Source of the DNA: Eledone cirrhosa | Lineage: Eukaryota | NCBI GenBank assembly: GCA_964016885.1 | Contig: OZ024741.1 | Location: forward strand, 178,002,001 to 178,066,000 | DNA length: 64,000 nucleotides | Direction of reading: 5' to 3' | Part shown: positions 50,390 to 64,000 of the stretch, one piece after another | Position numbering within the stretch: position 1 is the first letter of the stretch | Layout: each line of letters opens with the position of its first letter | Program-made: the position numbers and the translations under genes | Notes under the pieces: model-generated | Databases searched by the model: none | The model's input: the letters and a program-made list of their open reading frames with translations, nothing else | Told to the model about the DNA's origin: nothing

Positions 50390-51475
50390 TGGTCAGGAAA
50401 TTAACTGCTTTCATCGTAGGCCTTAGCAGCCAGCGATTAACTAAATCTAAGCTGTTGTATTCACATGTTCTAGATTTAACTAACAAAGCAGGGAACACAA
50501 TTTATAATATGGCATTTCATTGTCAATTTTAAAACATGACTGGATGTTCCCGGTCGGAACATCTTTGATAAAAGAACAGGTCAGCAAGGAGTGAACGCGA
50601 TGACATTTTTCTAATAAAATTCAGGTATCTTCTAGTGAACAAAATAAACGGTTTTCCATTGCTGATGGAAATAAACATTTCTATAACTATGATTTTTTTT
50701 TAAACGGTGACGCGTATGTGTATATGTGTGTGACTGTGTGTATGTACATATGCACACATTTATATGTATGAGTATATAAATATAAACGTGCAAACACAGA
50801 CACACTTACAAAAATACACACCCAGACATTCACACAAACACACACATACATTTACACAAACACATACACACATACACAGCACAACAAATGGAACGCCAGC
50901 CGCTATTTTGCTATAGTTTTTTCAAAGACCCTACCTTCATTTTACAGAAACATACGCAGGTAGCAGGTGTAAAGAGTGAAGAGTAGTATCAGGTAATCAA
51001 ACTGCTCCTCTCATGTGTTGTGACAGAATCGCAGAAATTTATATATATAGAGATAAATATATAGATAAATTTTAAACGCTGGTTTCAAGTTTGTTTTTAC
51101 TTTCCCTTAGAATAAACAATTAAGACCTATCATATAAAACCCTACACAAAGTTTATTTAAAGCTTGAACCAAAACACGGCATTCCCATGATTAATTCATA
51201 GTTACATCTGACTTTGTATTCATATTTGAAGTTGTGTGAAATTATCAAACCAGTTCACTTGGCTAACATTCATAATATTGATTTCTCCGTTATGCGTAAG
51301 AATAGTTGTAAAAGGATAGTGCTGGGTTTTCTGTCATTTCTAACATCTAGTGGTTCAGCAATACTGTTTTAAAGAAAAGTGTACATTTCACATAACTATC
51401 AGAATGAAACTGTGTCTCATTTTGTGGCGAGTGTGAGCATTTGAATCGCAATAACAGCTGATTAGGAAGAAAGAG

Positions 51476-51495
51476 GAGAGAGAGAGAGAGAGAGG

Positions 51496-51578
<83 letters not shown>
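51476..51578. repeat. (GA)n microsatellite
   Basis: Direct reading. Confidence 0.97.
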
Positions 51579-51582
<4 letters not shown>

Positions 51583-52845
51583 GGTTTTGAAGTATAGTTA
51601 TCGACTTCGACTGGATGAAAAGCAAAGGTGACTTCAGTGGTATGTGAACACTCAGAATGCGGAAATTTAGTACAATTATCGCAACTCATTTTATCCACCG
51701 TATCAACAATATAACCAATTTGTCGTTTAATGGGAAGCTACCTAGTTGAATGTATCGATCTCTGTATAGTAATCGTTTTCACAATATTGAATCTTTGGGG
51801 AAAGAAAGGTAAATGGGATCTAAAAAAAAACTGTCTACATTTTGTAAATCATTTAATCCATTGCCTAAGCGTTTATGCCAAACTTCCCTTATATTGATTA
51901 TTTTATTGCGATAATTATTAAAGTTAGAGGAAAATGTGCACACGATAGAATGGACTCCTATCTTACCGTGGGGATATTCAAAAGGAGACAGGAGAATAGA
52001 AAAATAAAATCGACTTTAGAATTCAAATTCGGAACATATATTTACTAGTCTGAATAAAGTTTGTCGGTGTCTAGAACGTTTAGTAGAAGTCTAGCCATGT
52101 CTTTATTAATCTCTTCGACCTCCCGTTTATCTAATAATGGATAACGAACCGTCAAATTATTTTCATTTTATTCAAAATAAGATACCACCTATCATTTAAT
52201 ATATTGCTTATTGTAAGAAATCGTGTTTAATCATGAATCTCATCATTATGATTTGCTGATGAAAACTGAACGTTAAATAACTGAAATCTGAGGGGGATTC
52301 TACTGTATCAAAAACAAAATGAATAAGTAATATATATTACTAATGATTCGACTAGAGAAGATATTTACTTCATGTCTGCATATGCTCTTTGAAGAATTTA
52401 GTTGATAAATAATCTATATCGGTGAAGTAATAAATTACATATGGTCTGAAGAATTTTTATTCTTGCTTAGATTGGTTCTGCTATAAGAGTTGCTTGCTTA
52501 TTGGATTAAGTTGTTTCCGTCCAAAGGTTTAAGAGAATTGATTTTTCATCTTTGGCAAGAGTTCTTTCAAGTTCAATGAAGTTCTTAAAAGAACTTATTT
52601 CGAAACAATGTCTGCTATCTAAAGTTATCAAACTTGTTTAACACGATAAATTAGACATTTTCAAACATATACATGTAAAACAAATTGTAGATTCTGGGAA
52701 CAAATTAAGATTCGGCAGGTGGAAACACGTACTGAAAAGATTGTAGTTCTATTCATTGGGGATGGTATAAAACATTCACTCATACCGATGTTATCATATG
52801 CTATAGAAGATTGTGCTGTAATCAAGTGAAAACAGTGTATGTGCA

Positions 52846-52864
52846 TGTGTGTGTGTGTGTGTGT

Positions 52865-52942
<78 letters not shown>
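52846..52942. repeat. (TG)n microsatellite
   Basis: Direct reading. Confidence 0.97.
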
Positions 52943-52943
<1 letters not shown>

Positions 52944-53399
52944 CGTTTGTATGTGCATGTACGTATGCGTGTGTATGTGTGTATATACGCATCTATATAT
53001 ATTGATATATCAGGAACAGAAACTGAAAATACAACTGGATTCGTTTAAGAATATTTATATGCTTTACCGGTTTCAAAGTTGTTATGATTATCAAAAGTAA
53101 AATAGAGAAGGAGCGTTTGCGTTTCTGTTCCTACCAGAGCCTTGAGAAAGTAGCACCGAATTTCAGCACGGAGAATATCAATGAATTGAAACAACAACTG
53201 TTCAAATTTTAGCTGATGTCATAGCCGTTGCCTAATGACATTGAATAAACGTTGTTAATATTATATTAACCTGTTAATTTATAAATCATGTTTATAAACA
53301 TACTCCTGAGTAAGCAGACCCACCTGCGTACTTCGTCGATTGTTCTACCCTGTATAATGAAGTGGCGGTTATTAACTAACACATACTTGTATATATGTA

Positions 53400-55560
53400 T
53401 ATGTACAGAGACAGTGAGAGAGAGTAACCTAATTCCATAGTCCCTTAACAGTAACCACATTTCGGCCGCTTGTATATTCGTGATCATATATTTTCGATAA
53501 TTAACCAAGTTTAATGATCATAAGTATCACACGAATACACAATTGAAGATGGCGAGGTTGGTTTTTACACAAACATCCCTTCTTCTGATTAGCGAATTCT
53601 AAAGCTGGGATATTACCGCACCGGCGCCTGCATTATTTGCACTTAATCCAGCTTCTTGCCTTCCATCGCTCGTGAACACAGCCGTGAGATACTTCAGTTC
53701 CTCCAACAGCTAGAATCGAAATTTCATTTACATGTAGAATTCACTGAGCAGAGTATCCTGAGAGTATGGGTGTCTCAGACTTTTCAGTACTGGTTTTCAT
53801 TCAAGCCATATAGCACTAGGCCTCAAAACTCTTAAGTGCAATTCAGAGATCAACTTCTATCGAGCTACTTAATAACATGTCGTCTGCAAATTCCAGCGTT
53901 CTGATTTTACAACTCGGCCACGCATGTCAATCCTGCTCATAAAAATAATGAACAGGAGAGGGTACATTACGCACCCTATATAGAGTTCAACACCCACATT
54001 GAATGGGTTCGAATTAGAAACATTTATCCGGACACAAATACGCGGCTATTCGTTTAGAGACATCAGGGCAACAAGAAGCTGACCATCGATCTCATACTCC
54101 TGCAGAATCATCCATAGCAGGTCCCTCGGAATGCGGTCATATACTTTTTCGAGGTCTACAATACAATAATATACCTCTTAGATGCACTCCCACGATTTCT
54201 TGAAAACCTACTCGAGTGTGATTATTTGGTCGACTGTGCTGTGTCCGGGGCAAAAGGCGGACTGTTCATTAGGCCGGATAATCTCCCATCTCTTTGTCAG
54301 ACACTTAGCATAGACTTTGCCGGGGAGGCTTAACATGGAGATCCTTCTGTAATTGGAAAATGTCTCTTGTGCCCGGTTTTTAAAATTGGGATTCCCACTC
54401 CCGATTGGTATTCCTTAGGTGCCTTTCCAGCGATCAAGGCCAGCCGGTACACACGATACAGCCAGAGAATACCGTGACTATTTAAGTTTTTTTAACACCA
54501 CCGGCCGTATTTCATCCTTCCAAGCGGTATTGCCACGTTGTGATCTCAGCCTCCGAAAGATTAGTCGTCGCTCCCAGGTGCACCACGTATACATCAGAAG
54601 TTGCTGTCGTGATCGAATTTAGAAAATCAGCAAAGTCTTCTCTTCAACACGTGAGGATGTATCTCTCTGAAAAGAGCATAACCAAAGCTACGCTACTGAT
54701 AGCTGGTATGGAGGAAGACTTATTACTACGAAGTCTGTGAATGATCTACAAGAACCCTTTATTTGCTGTTCTGATTCCAGATTAAGCCAAAAGTCCTCAC
54801 AGGTCTTAACTTTGGATGCATTTACTGACTCTGCTGTTATTCCTCTTATCTGTTTGTATCGCAAGTGCAAAGAGGATTTATATCCAAGCCAAGCTATGCT
54901 CGACTGGTATCTTTGATTTCTTGATTGAACCATGCAATCCTCCTACCATCCGGCGCCACTCGAAACCTCTTCCGCTCGCAACATTTAACAGCTGAAGCAG
55001 CGATTTCTAGGCTGAACAATCTCCACTCTGATTAAATTCCTGAGTTTGCCCAGGGAGCTCTCTGAATTTCGAAACAATAATGTCTCCATACCTGTTCCTG
55101 ATTTTCCCATCCACCAACGCTTCCCCCTTTACCCTGTAGGTCGACCAGGACTTGCCAGTTTTGTGAGCTTCACTTGATTTGTGTTGAAGATAAGTAGATG
55201 GAGATCAGTTGACCTTTCAGCCCTCTCTTAACAGGAACAGATCTGTTCTGCTAGATAACGTGTCACAGTGACGTATAGCGATACGGTTACAGATATGATG
55301 GTTATTTTCGATATATGCTGCCAGCTACCAGAGGAATAAGCAACTCAGTGGTAAATTGCTAGTGAAAATGGAGCAATGTATGTTCTCTGTAGCACAAAAG
55401 TAAGCTCTCACAACCCAGCGATTTCGCTATGGCGGGGCAAGTAAAGACCACCTCTAAAAAAGACTAGTCTTCGTGGGTTTGAAAAAGAACCAGATTGATA
55501 ACCGGCACGAATAAGACGACTAAATCTTCAATATGGTAAGAGGTACGAAAAAGAATCATT
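53400..55560 (-). mobile_element. Decayed RTE-clade LINE
   Basis: Minus strand NYRRISML, GHSTVDQI, VDLEK.YD, PLLFII, FADD, YL and IQAAEM motifs in order. Confidence 0.75.
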
Positions 55561-55730
55561 GTGCATCGGCCTTCGCAGAGGTCAACATTGGATGTGTTCC
55601 GGTCATAGGTAGAGGAGCCTGTGCGTGTTGTTCAGCCGTCGAGGCCCCGACGTTTTCATATTATCACACTCTACTACTCCAAGTATCGAGTACTCTGGTG
55701 AGTAATGGTGCGATAGGTTTTTACTGAATC

Positions 55731-55799
<69 letters not shown>

Positions 55800-55854
55800 G
55801 TGTGTGTGTATATATATAAATATATATGTAAGTATGTGTATGTGTGTATGTATG

Positions 55855-55885
<31 letters not shown>

Positions 55886-56083
55886 GAGTGTGTACGTGTG
55901 TATCTATGTGTGTGTACAAGTGTGTATATATGTGTTTCTGCGCGTTTCCATGTATGTGTGTGTATATATATATATGCATACATACATGTATACATACTGT
56001 CATCATTGTCATTGTGAATACTATCGACATTATTATTATTATTAACATCGTCATCATCATTATCATTATTATTATTATTACAC

Positions 56084-56258
56084 GTGGCAGTATAGGTAGA
56101 GAGTTGGACGCCATGCTTTCTAGCATAGTTACGTCCCTTTACAGGCTGAGTTCAAATCCTGCCGAGTTTAACTTTGCCTTTCATCATTATGGGGTCGATA
56201 AAATAAAGTACCAGTAATGTACTGGGTAATTGCTGGCCTTGTGCCTAAAGTAGAAACA
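56084..56258 (+). mobile_element. SINE family A (short form) with (ATT)n tail
   Basis: tggcagtataggtagag...gagttcaaatcc...gtagaaaca; flanking direct repeat attattattacac. Confidence 0.88.
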
Positions 56259-56916
56259 ATTATTATTATTATTACACTCCTTATGAATAAATTCATTTAT
56301 TCTCGTATTTATATATTTATTTACTTGCTACTGTATTCTGTTTATTGAGAATTGTCACCACTGAGGGGGTGACCTTATACTCGGCCATTGTAGCGTAACA
56401 CCGCCCATAGCTCTGAGCTAAAAGGTCATTCCTTTCACTTCCTGTTTACGATCGAACACTAAATCACAAAAAACAAGACTTTGAATGTCCAGCTCACATA
56501 CCAACAAACGCAATCGCATACACACAGACACATATGAATGGATACACGCACACACATACACATAAGCACATGGACATTCGTGTAAATATATGCAAAAAAA
56601 GTAAACTTACCAATGCACACAAATATTTACATATGTCCACAAACACGAAATATCACAATAAACACTATAACATTTGTTGAATCATTATTCTGAAAAGCTG
56701 ATCGATAATTGAGTAGAGTCCATATTTTCTATTGGTGACCCTGAGCCAATCATCTGAGAGGCGCGTAACAGGTCGATACTTAAATAAAAAAAAATAACTG
56801 TTTCTACGTTAGGCACAAGGCCAGCAATTCCCCAGTGCATTACTAAAAAAATAACATACGTGTAAAAGAAGCGTCGTCGTTTTTCTTATATACATCTATA
56901 TATACATCTATCTAAC

Positions 56917-56942
56917 TATATATATATATATCTATGTTTATA

Positions 56943-57030
<88 letters not shown>

Positions 57031-57058
57031 TATATATATATCTATGTTTATATATATT

Positions 57059-57128
<70 letters not shown>
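56917..57128. repeat. (TA)n microsatellite
   Basis: Direct reading. Confidence 0.95.
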
Positions 57129-57134
<6 letters not shown>

Positions 57135-57374
57135 TTGTATATATTGTTATATTTTCGGAGGGTCATATTGCCAATGAAAAGGCACGCACCTGAGGGTTTT
57201 CACTTCAATTTATTATAAATTTCCTGCGGTTGGTTGGAAAAGCGGATGGTTGTTTATGTATTATCAAAGCGCTTTCGTCACTCATTCAGTGATTGGATTT
57301 TTATTTTATGTCACTCCTTTATTCTGTCCTACACCACTTTGTTATATATGTATATATGTATTCGTGCTTGTATT

Positions 57375-59752
57375 ATTATGACATTCCTACTATTTAGACG
57401 TGATTTTAATACGCTACTTACTCTCCTAATATACTCAGATCTTATTAATTCCTTTATTTTTTTGTTCTTGATGTCATCTGCCTCCAGAACACCTAAATAT
57501 TTGTATCCTTCTTCAGTGTCAATTTCCTTTATCATCTCACCTGTTGGTACCTGGATTCCGTTGCTTCTGCTCAATTTACCCCTCCTCATCACTAGGAATC
57601 CACACTTATTAATACCAAATTCCATACATATATCATTGCTGAAAATACGAACAGTGTCAACAAGTACATCCCACTCCTTCTCACTCTTCCCAAAGAGTTT
57701 AAGATCGTCTATCAAGAGGAGGTGGTTGATGGTAAGCTCTCCTTTTCCCAAATTGTATCCTGCTCTCACTTTTCGCAGTATAATGGTCAGGGGTGTCAGG
57801 GCAAGGACAAACAACAGAGGGGACAGACTATCTCCCTGGAAGATACCTCTCTTCATCTTCACGCCTCCCAAGGATTCTCCAACCGATGTTAATTCTATTT
57901 CCCAGGACTTCATACTTTTGCTCACCAACTGTCTGATATTATCTGCCACCTTGAAGATCTCTAGGCTTTTGGTTATCCAAGAATGAGGTACCATGTCGAA
58001 TGCCGTTTTGTAGTCTATCCATTTCATTACCATCTTATCAATAAGTAGCTGGTATTTTGTATCACGGGACTTCTTTCAACATCCTTTCTGTTCGTCCGGT
58101 AACAAGTTGTTTGTGTGGAGGTGATGGTAGATTTCATCAGACACAATGCTTGTTAACAGTTTCACATTACGGATAGACATATGATAGGTCTTTAGTTGAT
58201 AACATCATTACCCTTGATTCGGTCTTTCATTACCAGGACTGTGGTACCCTTTGTCAACCACTCTGGTACCTCACCCGACATCAAGCAGCCATTGAACATG
58301 GTTTGTCAGTTTCGGGTGGAGGGATGTTATATTTGTAATCCAATACCCCCGCACACCATCTGGGCCTGGTGATTTCCAGTTGGTTAGTTTTCTGGCCTGC
58401 CCTTTAAGAGTTTCAACTGGGATACTTAAATCAGTTTGTTGGTGTGCTTGTTCACTTATCTCTATTTGTACTGTCTCAATCCACACTGCCTGATCATTAT
58501 GTTCAACATCCTGCTCCCATATTCCTCTCCAGAATGTCTTAGGCTGTTCCGCCTCAGGGATCAAGTCGTTGCCTCTTTCTTTCCCTTCAAGCTGCCCAAA
58601 CAACATCTTCTGGTTGTTGTCAAACAACGGTTCTATCTATACTGACTGACTCTGCTCTCATACCGCCTAATCTTTGCAATCTTTGCTACAATGCGTTGCT
58701 GCAGTTCCTCTATGATAATATTTTGCTTTTTCCTCCTAGTTTTGTACTTTATTTCCAGTCTATTTTTAGTGTCCCGTTCAGTAGGGACTCAAGCTTTCCA
58801 ATGTCATTTCTCATTTCCCTGATTTGACCATTTAGTCGTTTCTTCCACCAAGGTGCTGATCTTTCTTGTTTGTTGGTTCCTCTCGTTTTTATGCCAAGTA
58901 ATTTCCTCACCGCATTTCCTGTTGCTTTGAGGATATTGTTGCATTGGTGAAGGTTCCTCACCTCAAGGTATGGGATGATTTTGTTTACCTTAGCTTTTGT
59001 TTCTTTTAGCTTTTTCCTGTCTACAAATCTTAGGTTCATAGGTTTCCCACTATCATTGTTCATTTCATCTACCACTAAGTTTAGGATATCAACCAAAGCT
59101 TGTCCTAGCCCGTCAGCATTCATCTCCTCAGTGGCCGTATCTTTGTTCCAGGTATTATTTATTTCAGCATTCAGATCATTGTCTGCTTCGGATGCTTCCT
59201 CCGGTCTCTCAACCTCTTCACCTTCATTTCCCACTGGCTCATTTTCCTGGCACGCTTCACTCTCCATTTCCAACCTCATCTCTCTGCACAGTTCCTCCAG
59301 TTCCAACTCGCTTATCCATCCATTAGTTCTTATTACTCGGGCCTGCCCGGCCAATTTGTGTTCACTTAAATTAAAAAGACCAATCTCGTTCCAGATGCTA
59401 TGCATCCGTTTCCTATAGCCTTTTTACTTGGCGTTACACTTCAGGTAACATTGCATAACAGTGCTATTCAATTCTTTCGTCCAGTTGGTTCTTGTCCCTT
59501 TCCTTCTTCTTCTTCCTCGAACACCAGCTGTATTTGGATGACAGCCAGGTCCCTGCTGCTGGGCCAGGGAGCACTTGCTGAGTGAGAGTCTGTCACATAA
59601 TGTTCCAGTCTCCTCTTCACCGTTATTCGAACTGCTTAGGTTCGACATTTAAACACTCATAGCGTGGATTGGTGAATGTATGATTACATAACCACCGGTG
59701 ATTTCATCACCCCGGGGGATTTTAGCGTGGCACCATCACGCTGCAGACGAAC
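57375..59752 (-). mobile_element. R4/Dong-clade non-LTR retrotransposon, 5' end intact, 3' (RLE) end missing; disrupted ORF from ATG 59648
   Basis: RTNWTKELNSTVMQCY...MHSIW, PWWKKRL, WKSPGPDG, WIDYKTAFDMVPHSWI, RGIFQGDSLSPLLF, INHLLLIDDLKLF, YKYLG. Confidence 0.88.
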
Positions 59753-60049
59753 ATAAATAAATAAACAAATAAATAGATAAAAACTTTAAAAAATAAACAA
59801 AAGTTTCATTGTAATGTTTGAATGTCTGACTTAGTTGTTTTTTCTCTGTTTGTTTTTTCCCTTTACGTTTTTCGTTTTTCAAGGCCAGTAACATCGGTTA
59901 CTAGTGTTGTTGTTGTTGCTGCTGCTAAGGGGAGTAGGGGTTCTTGTGTTCAAAACTTTTGAAATGTGTGTTTGTTGTTGCGTTTGCTTTTTCTGTGTTC
60001 TGTTCTATAATTTTTCGACTTGTTGCTTATCATTATTATTTTTATTTTT

Positions 60050-60233
60050 GGGCGGTGGATTGGCAGTATCGGTAGAGGGTCGGACGCCATGCTTTCCAGC
60101 ATAGTTACGTCCCTTTACGATCTGAGTTCAAACCCGCCGAGGTTGACTTTGCCTTTCATCCTTACGGGGTCGATAAAATAAAGTACCAGTAATGCACTGG
60201 GTAATTGCTGGCCTTGTGCCTAAAGTAGAAACA
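60050..60233 (+). mobile_element. Full-length SINE family A (short form)
   Basis: gggcggtggattggcagtatcggtaga (A-box) ... gagttcaaaccc (B-box) ... gtagaaaca. Confidence 0.9.
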
Positions 60234-61885
60234 GTTATCTAGTTCTCTGCAGAATACCCTATCGAGATACGATCTGGATGACCCGATGGGGTTTGTCCAT
60301 GTCCACATTGGCACATTCGGGTGATCCAGTCGATACATGTCAGACAGTTCAAAACGTCTAGCAGGTTGGTGAGGCTCTTGCACCCCCTCCCCTATCCACT
60401 AGCCCCACACTATCCCTGCGTGCATCCAAGATACCGTTCCAGTCGCCCACTAACACTAAAGAAAGGTCTCTAGACGTCTGAAGAAATCTGGCCGTCCTGC
60501 CCCTGTTGGGGCGTAGACGGCTACTAGCCTGAAAGAATTTCCTTCGCTGTCGGTCACGTCCAGCACCACCGACTTATCTTCTGGGTCTAGGAAGATGACC
60601 CGTATCGCGAGATCCAAGCCTCTCCGAAAAAGGACGGCAATCTCTCCCCCCGATCCTGGACGGCTGGGAGATGCGTATACATCGTAGCCGCCGAAGATCG
60701 GTGCGAAGGCTTCTGCTTCGGAGATTCTGGTTTCATCTTTGTTTAGTGACCTGATGTCGTTGAGCAGGTGACCCTGCTTCCAAGATGACCCCAGGCTACG
60801 TGCATTTATACTGCCTATTCTGAGTACGGCCATGTTGGATGAGTAACGGGGCAAGTGACAAAGGGTCACTTACCTTGATCGTGTGGTGAAGGGACAGTAG
60901 AACCGTCCTTTTTGCTGGTCATGGGTGTTTCCAAGAGGATGTCAGTGTATATACTCTTGGTAACCGACCCTCTGAAGTCTCCAACTGCGTTGAGGAATTT
61001 TTGTTTTAAAGGTTTGTGGGGTGTAGTAGTTTTTTTCTGTGATGTCTGTGTGCTGCTTTATATATTGTATGAGTTCTATTTTTGCCATGATTATGGCTGT
61101 GTACTTTTGGGGGGGAGGGGTGATGTTGTTGCTGTTTTCTTGTTGTTGCAGTTTGGTGTGTGTGTCTTGTGTTTGCGTTGTTGGTGTTTTTGCTGATGCT
61201 GGTGGTGGTGTGGTTGTTTTTGTCAGTGGTGCTTGTGGTGGTGATGGTGGTGGTGTTGCTGCAAGTTTCCTTGCTGCCTTTACCCCTCTTTGTATGCCTT
61301 CGCTTTTGGATGGTGAATCTAAGGGTTTTTTTAGTTTTTTGTTTTTTGTGGCAGACCGTTTACCACTTCACTCCCGCCTCAAACCCCATGTCGGATTCTG
61401 TGGCGTCTGGGAGGGGTATGTGCTCGACGGCAGTTGGTGGTGGTAGTGGAGCTCTCTTCGGCAATGTTGTTGCTGGTGTAGCTACTTCAAATGTAGCTAT
61501 TGGTGTTGCCGCCACTGATAATGCTGCTTTAGTTGTCCGTGGCCTTGGTACGGGTGCCACTGACGTTGCCCTCCTACTCACCGTGGAAGGGGCTTCTACG
61601 TTTGTTGCCTGCCCTGCTCTTGGTAGCAGCGGACCAGGTATTGGAAGGAGAAGTGCCTTCTCCTTCGCTGTCTTCTGCGGGCAAAATGCTCTGAGGTAGC
61701 CCTTCGACCCACAGAGATAACATTTTGGCCGTCTTGCTTCTACGCCTATAGGGAGTTGGAGTCCTTCCTCGATGTCTATGATATCGGGGATAGCGTCGAT
61801 ACATTCCTGGTCAGTTTGTATAAGCATTTGCATGCCTATACCTGACCAGTTCTCTCTCCCTATTTTTTCTACTTACAGCATGGTC

Positions 61886-61887
<2 letters not shown>
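60234..61887 (-). mobile_element. Second Tx1-like LINE copy: 3' part of ORF1 and APE portion of ORF2, truncated on both sides
   Basis: MAVLRIGSINARSLGSSWKQGHLLND...FFRRLETFL and RFELSDMYRLDHPNVPMWTW match ORF2 at 11056. MLIQTDQECIDAIPD...CYLCGSKGYLRAFC matches ORF1. Confidence 0.93.
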
Positions 61888-61936
<49 letters not shown>

Positions 61937-62047
61937 GAATTAGTATATCTACCGACATATGTATACAGATGCATACCTATGCCAGCAAATATATATGGTT
62001 TGTCTTAGTAACTTTGTGGTTCTATGCACGGGGATGCAGAACAATGA

Positions 62048-62320
<273 letters not shown>

Positions 62321-62666
62321 GTACATATATATATACGTACATATATTTACAACATGCTTGATATATTCACTTTTAGTAATACTCTCCTTATAACACTTTG
62401 CAATATTTTGATATCTTTTAACTGTAATATAATTTTGTTATTCTTGCTTTTCAATGTGATGTCACTGACACTGTTAATAATAATGTATCTTAATGAATGT
62501 TTAAAAGACTAAGAATGTAATTACTTATTTAAACATTGGTTATGCCCCGATGAATGCAGGCAGTTGTCTGGAAGAAAAAATCGTCAGCAATTAAATGCAT
62601 TAAACAAAAATTTGATTGTTTTTTGCATTTTGTATTTTGTATATATATATAAATACCTGTACATGT

Positions 62667-62729
<63 letters not shown>

Positions 62730-62743
62730 CTTCCTCCCGTTTA

Positions 62744-63599
62744 GCTTGTGTGGGCCTCTTCTTGCTCACATCAACACGGTCTGTACCGCTCTCGCTCATG
62801 AAATCCACCCAGATTATGCTGACCGGACAACCATGTTGCTTATTTATTGTCCTATCTTCGGTTTGCTTTTATCCTTCTATGTTGTTTACTTGTCCCCCTC
62901 GCCTTACGCAAATTCTGGTTCCAATAACTTTTTTTAGTTATTGCTCGCACCAACCTGAGGTATTTGATTTTTAATGCGATGAAATACCAATGATGGTTGG
63001 AAAATCACTGAATAAGGACTATTTTTATCATATGTAACCCATGTGCAAACCACGCAGTATTCTTCTTTCTTCTCATGTTTTTTATATACATTTACCTCGG
63101 CTGCGTTTGTCTGTTTCTCTCTTACTGCTTCCTCGCTCTCTCTGTTCTCTCACCTTCTTTCGCTCCCTCTGTCAGTTACACTTTTTCTCGACTGACCTCT
63201 TCCTGACATTTCCTCTCACTCACTCTCTGTTTCTCCCCTTCTCACTTCCTCCCATTTGGCTTGTGCGGGTCTCTTCTTGCTCACATCTCAAACACATCAA
63301 AACGGTCTGTACCACTCTCGCTCATGAAATCCACCCAGATTATGCTGACAGGACAACCATGTTGCTTGTTTATTTTCCTATCTTCGGTTTGCTTGTATCC
63401 TTCTATGTTGTTTACTTGTCCCCCTCGCCTTACTCGAATTCTGGTCCCAATAACTTTTTTTAGTTATTGCTCGCACCAACCTGAGGTATCTGATTTTTAA
63501 TGCGCTGTGATACCAATGATGGTTGGAAAATCACTGACGAAGGACTATTTTTATCATATGTAACCCATGTGCAACAACGCAGTATTGTTCTTTCTTCTC

Positions 63600-63602
<3 letters not shown>
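62744..63602. repeat. Direct repeat of ~335 bp (62744-63075 and 63259-63602) around a CT-rich spacer, bounded by (TA)n
   Basis: gcttgtg.ggg.ctcttcttgctcacatc...gtaacccatgtgcaa...ctttcttctca occurs twice. Confidence 0.9.
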
Positions 63603-63650
<48 letters not shown>

Positions 63651-63849
63651 ATATTTGGGGAGAGTCATATTTGCGTAATATTGCCAGAATTAATAACAGA
63701 ACACACTCACTGTTTGGTTGGTTTTCGCTTCTCGCTGTCTTTTATATATATATATCTGCGATCTAACTTACTCGGTCCTCAATGTCGCCAGATAAACGTT
63801 TGTAATATGTTCAATATGTTCCATTCGTCGCAACACTGATTCTCTTTGT

Positions 63850-63942
<93 letters not shown>

Positions 63943-64000
63943 CTTACATTATTATTAACAGTGTCAGTGACATCAAATCGAAAAGCAAGAATAACAAAAT

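Noticed and set aside
57234-57986. 250-aa plus-strand ORF
   Set aside because: Antisense shadow of the R4/Dong RT.
60050-60135. tRNA gene
   Set aside because: A and B boxes are present but belong to a multi-copy SINE head, and no cloverleaf is evident.

Overview
AT-rich eukaryotic intergenic or intronic DNA. It is probably octopod cephalopod, inferred only from the SINE families and the (TA)n density. I found no convincing host exon, and almost all of the window is mobile DNA. It contains a near-intact Tx1/L1-clade LINE inserted in a (TAT)n tract plus a second truncated copy. There are several Penelope-like elements (PLEs), including a 6.3-kb head-to-head palindrome of two almost full-length Naiad-like RT/GIY-YIG copies. 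It also holds an R4/Dong-like element, a CRE-like RLE fragment, RTE and Tc1/mariner remnants, a non-autonomous Helitron and about 10 tRNA-derived SINEs. The most interesting signal is RNA-level. The 557-558-bp tandem repeat at 3547-6043 carries a complete type I hammerhead ribozyme fold in each full unit, making it a retrozyme-like array predicted to yield ~558-nt monomer or circular RNAs. The PLE terminal repeats carry variant-core hammerheads (UUGAGAA/CUGAGAA) whose boundary coincides with the end of the inverted arm. All folds were paired by eye and none has been tested for activity.
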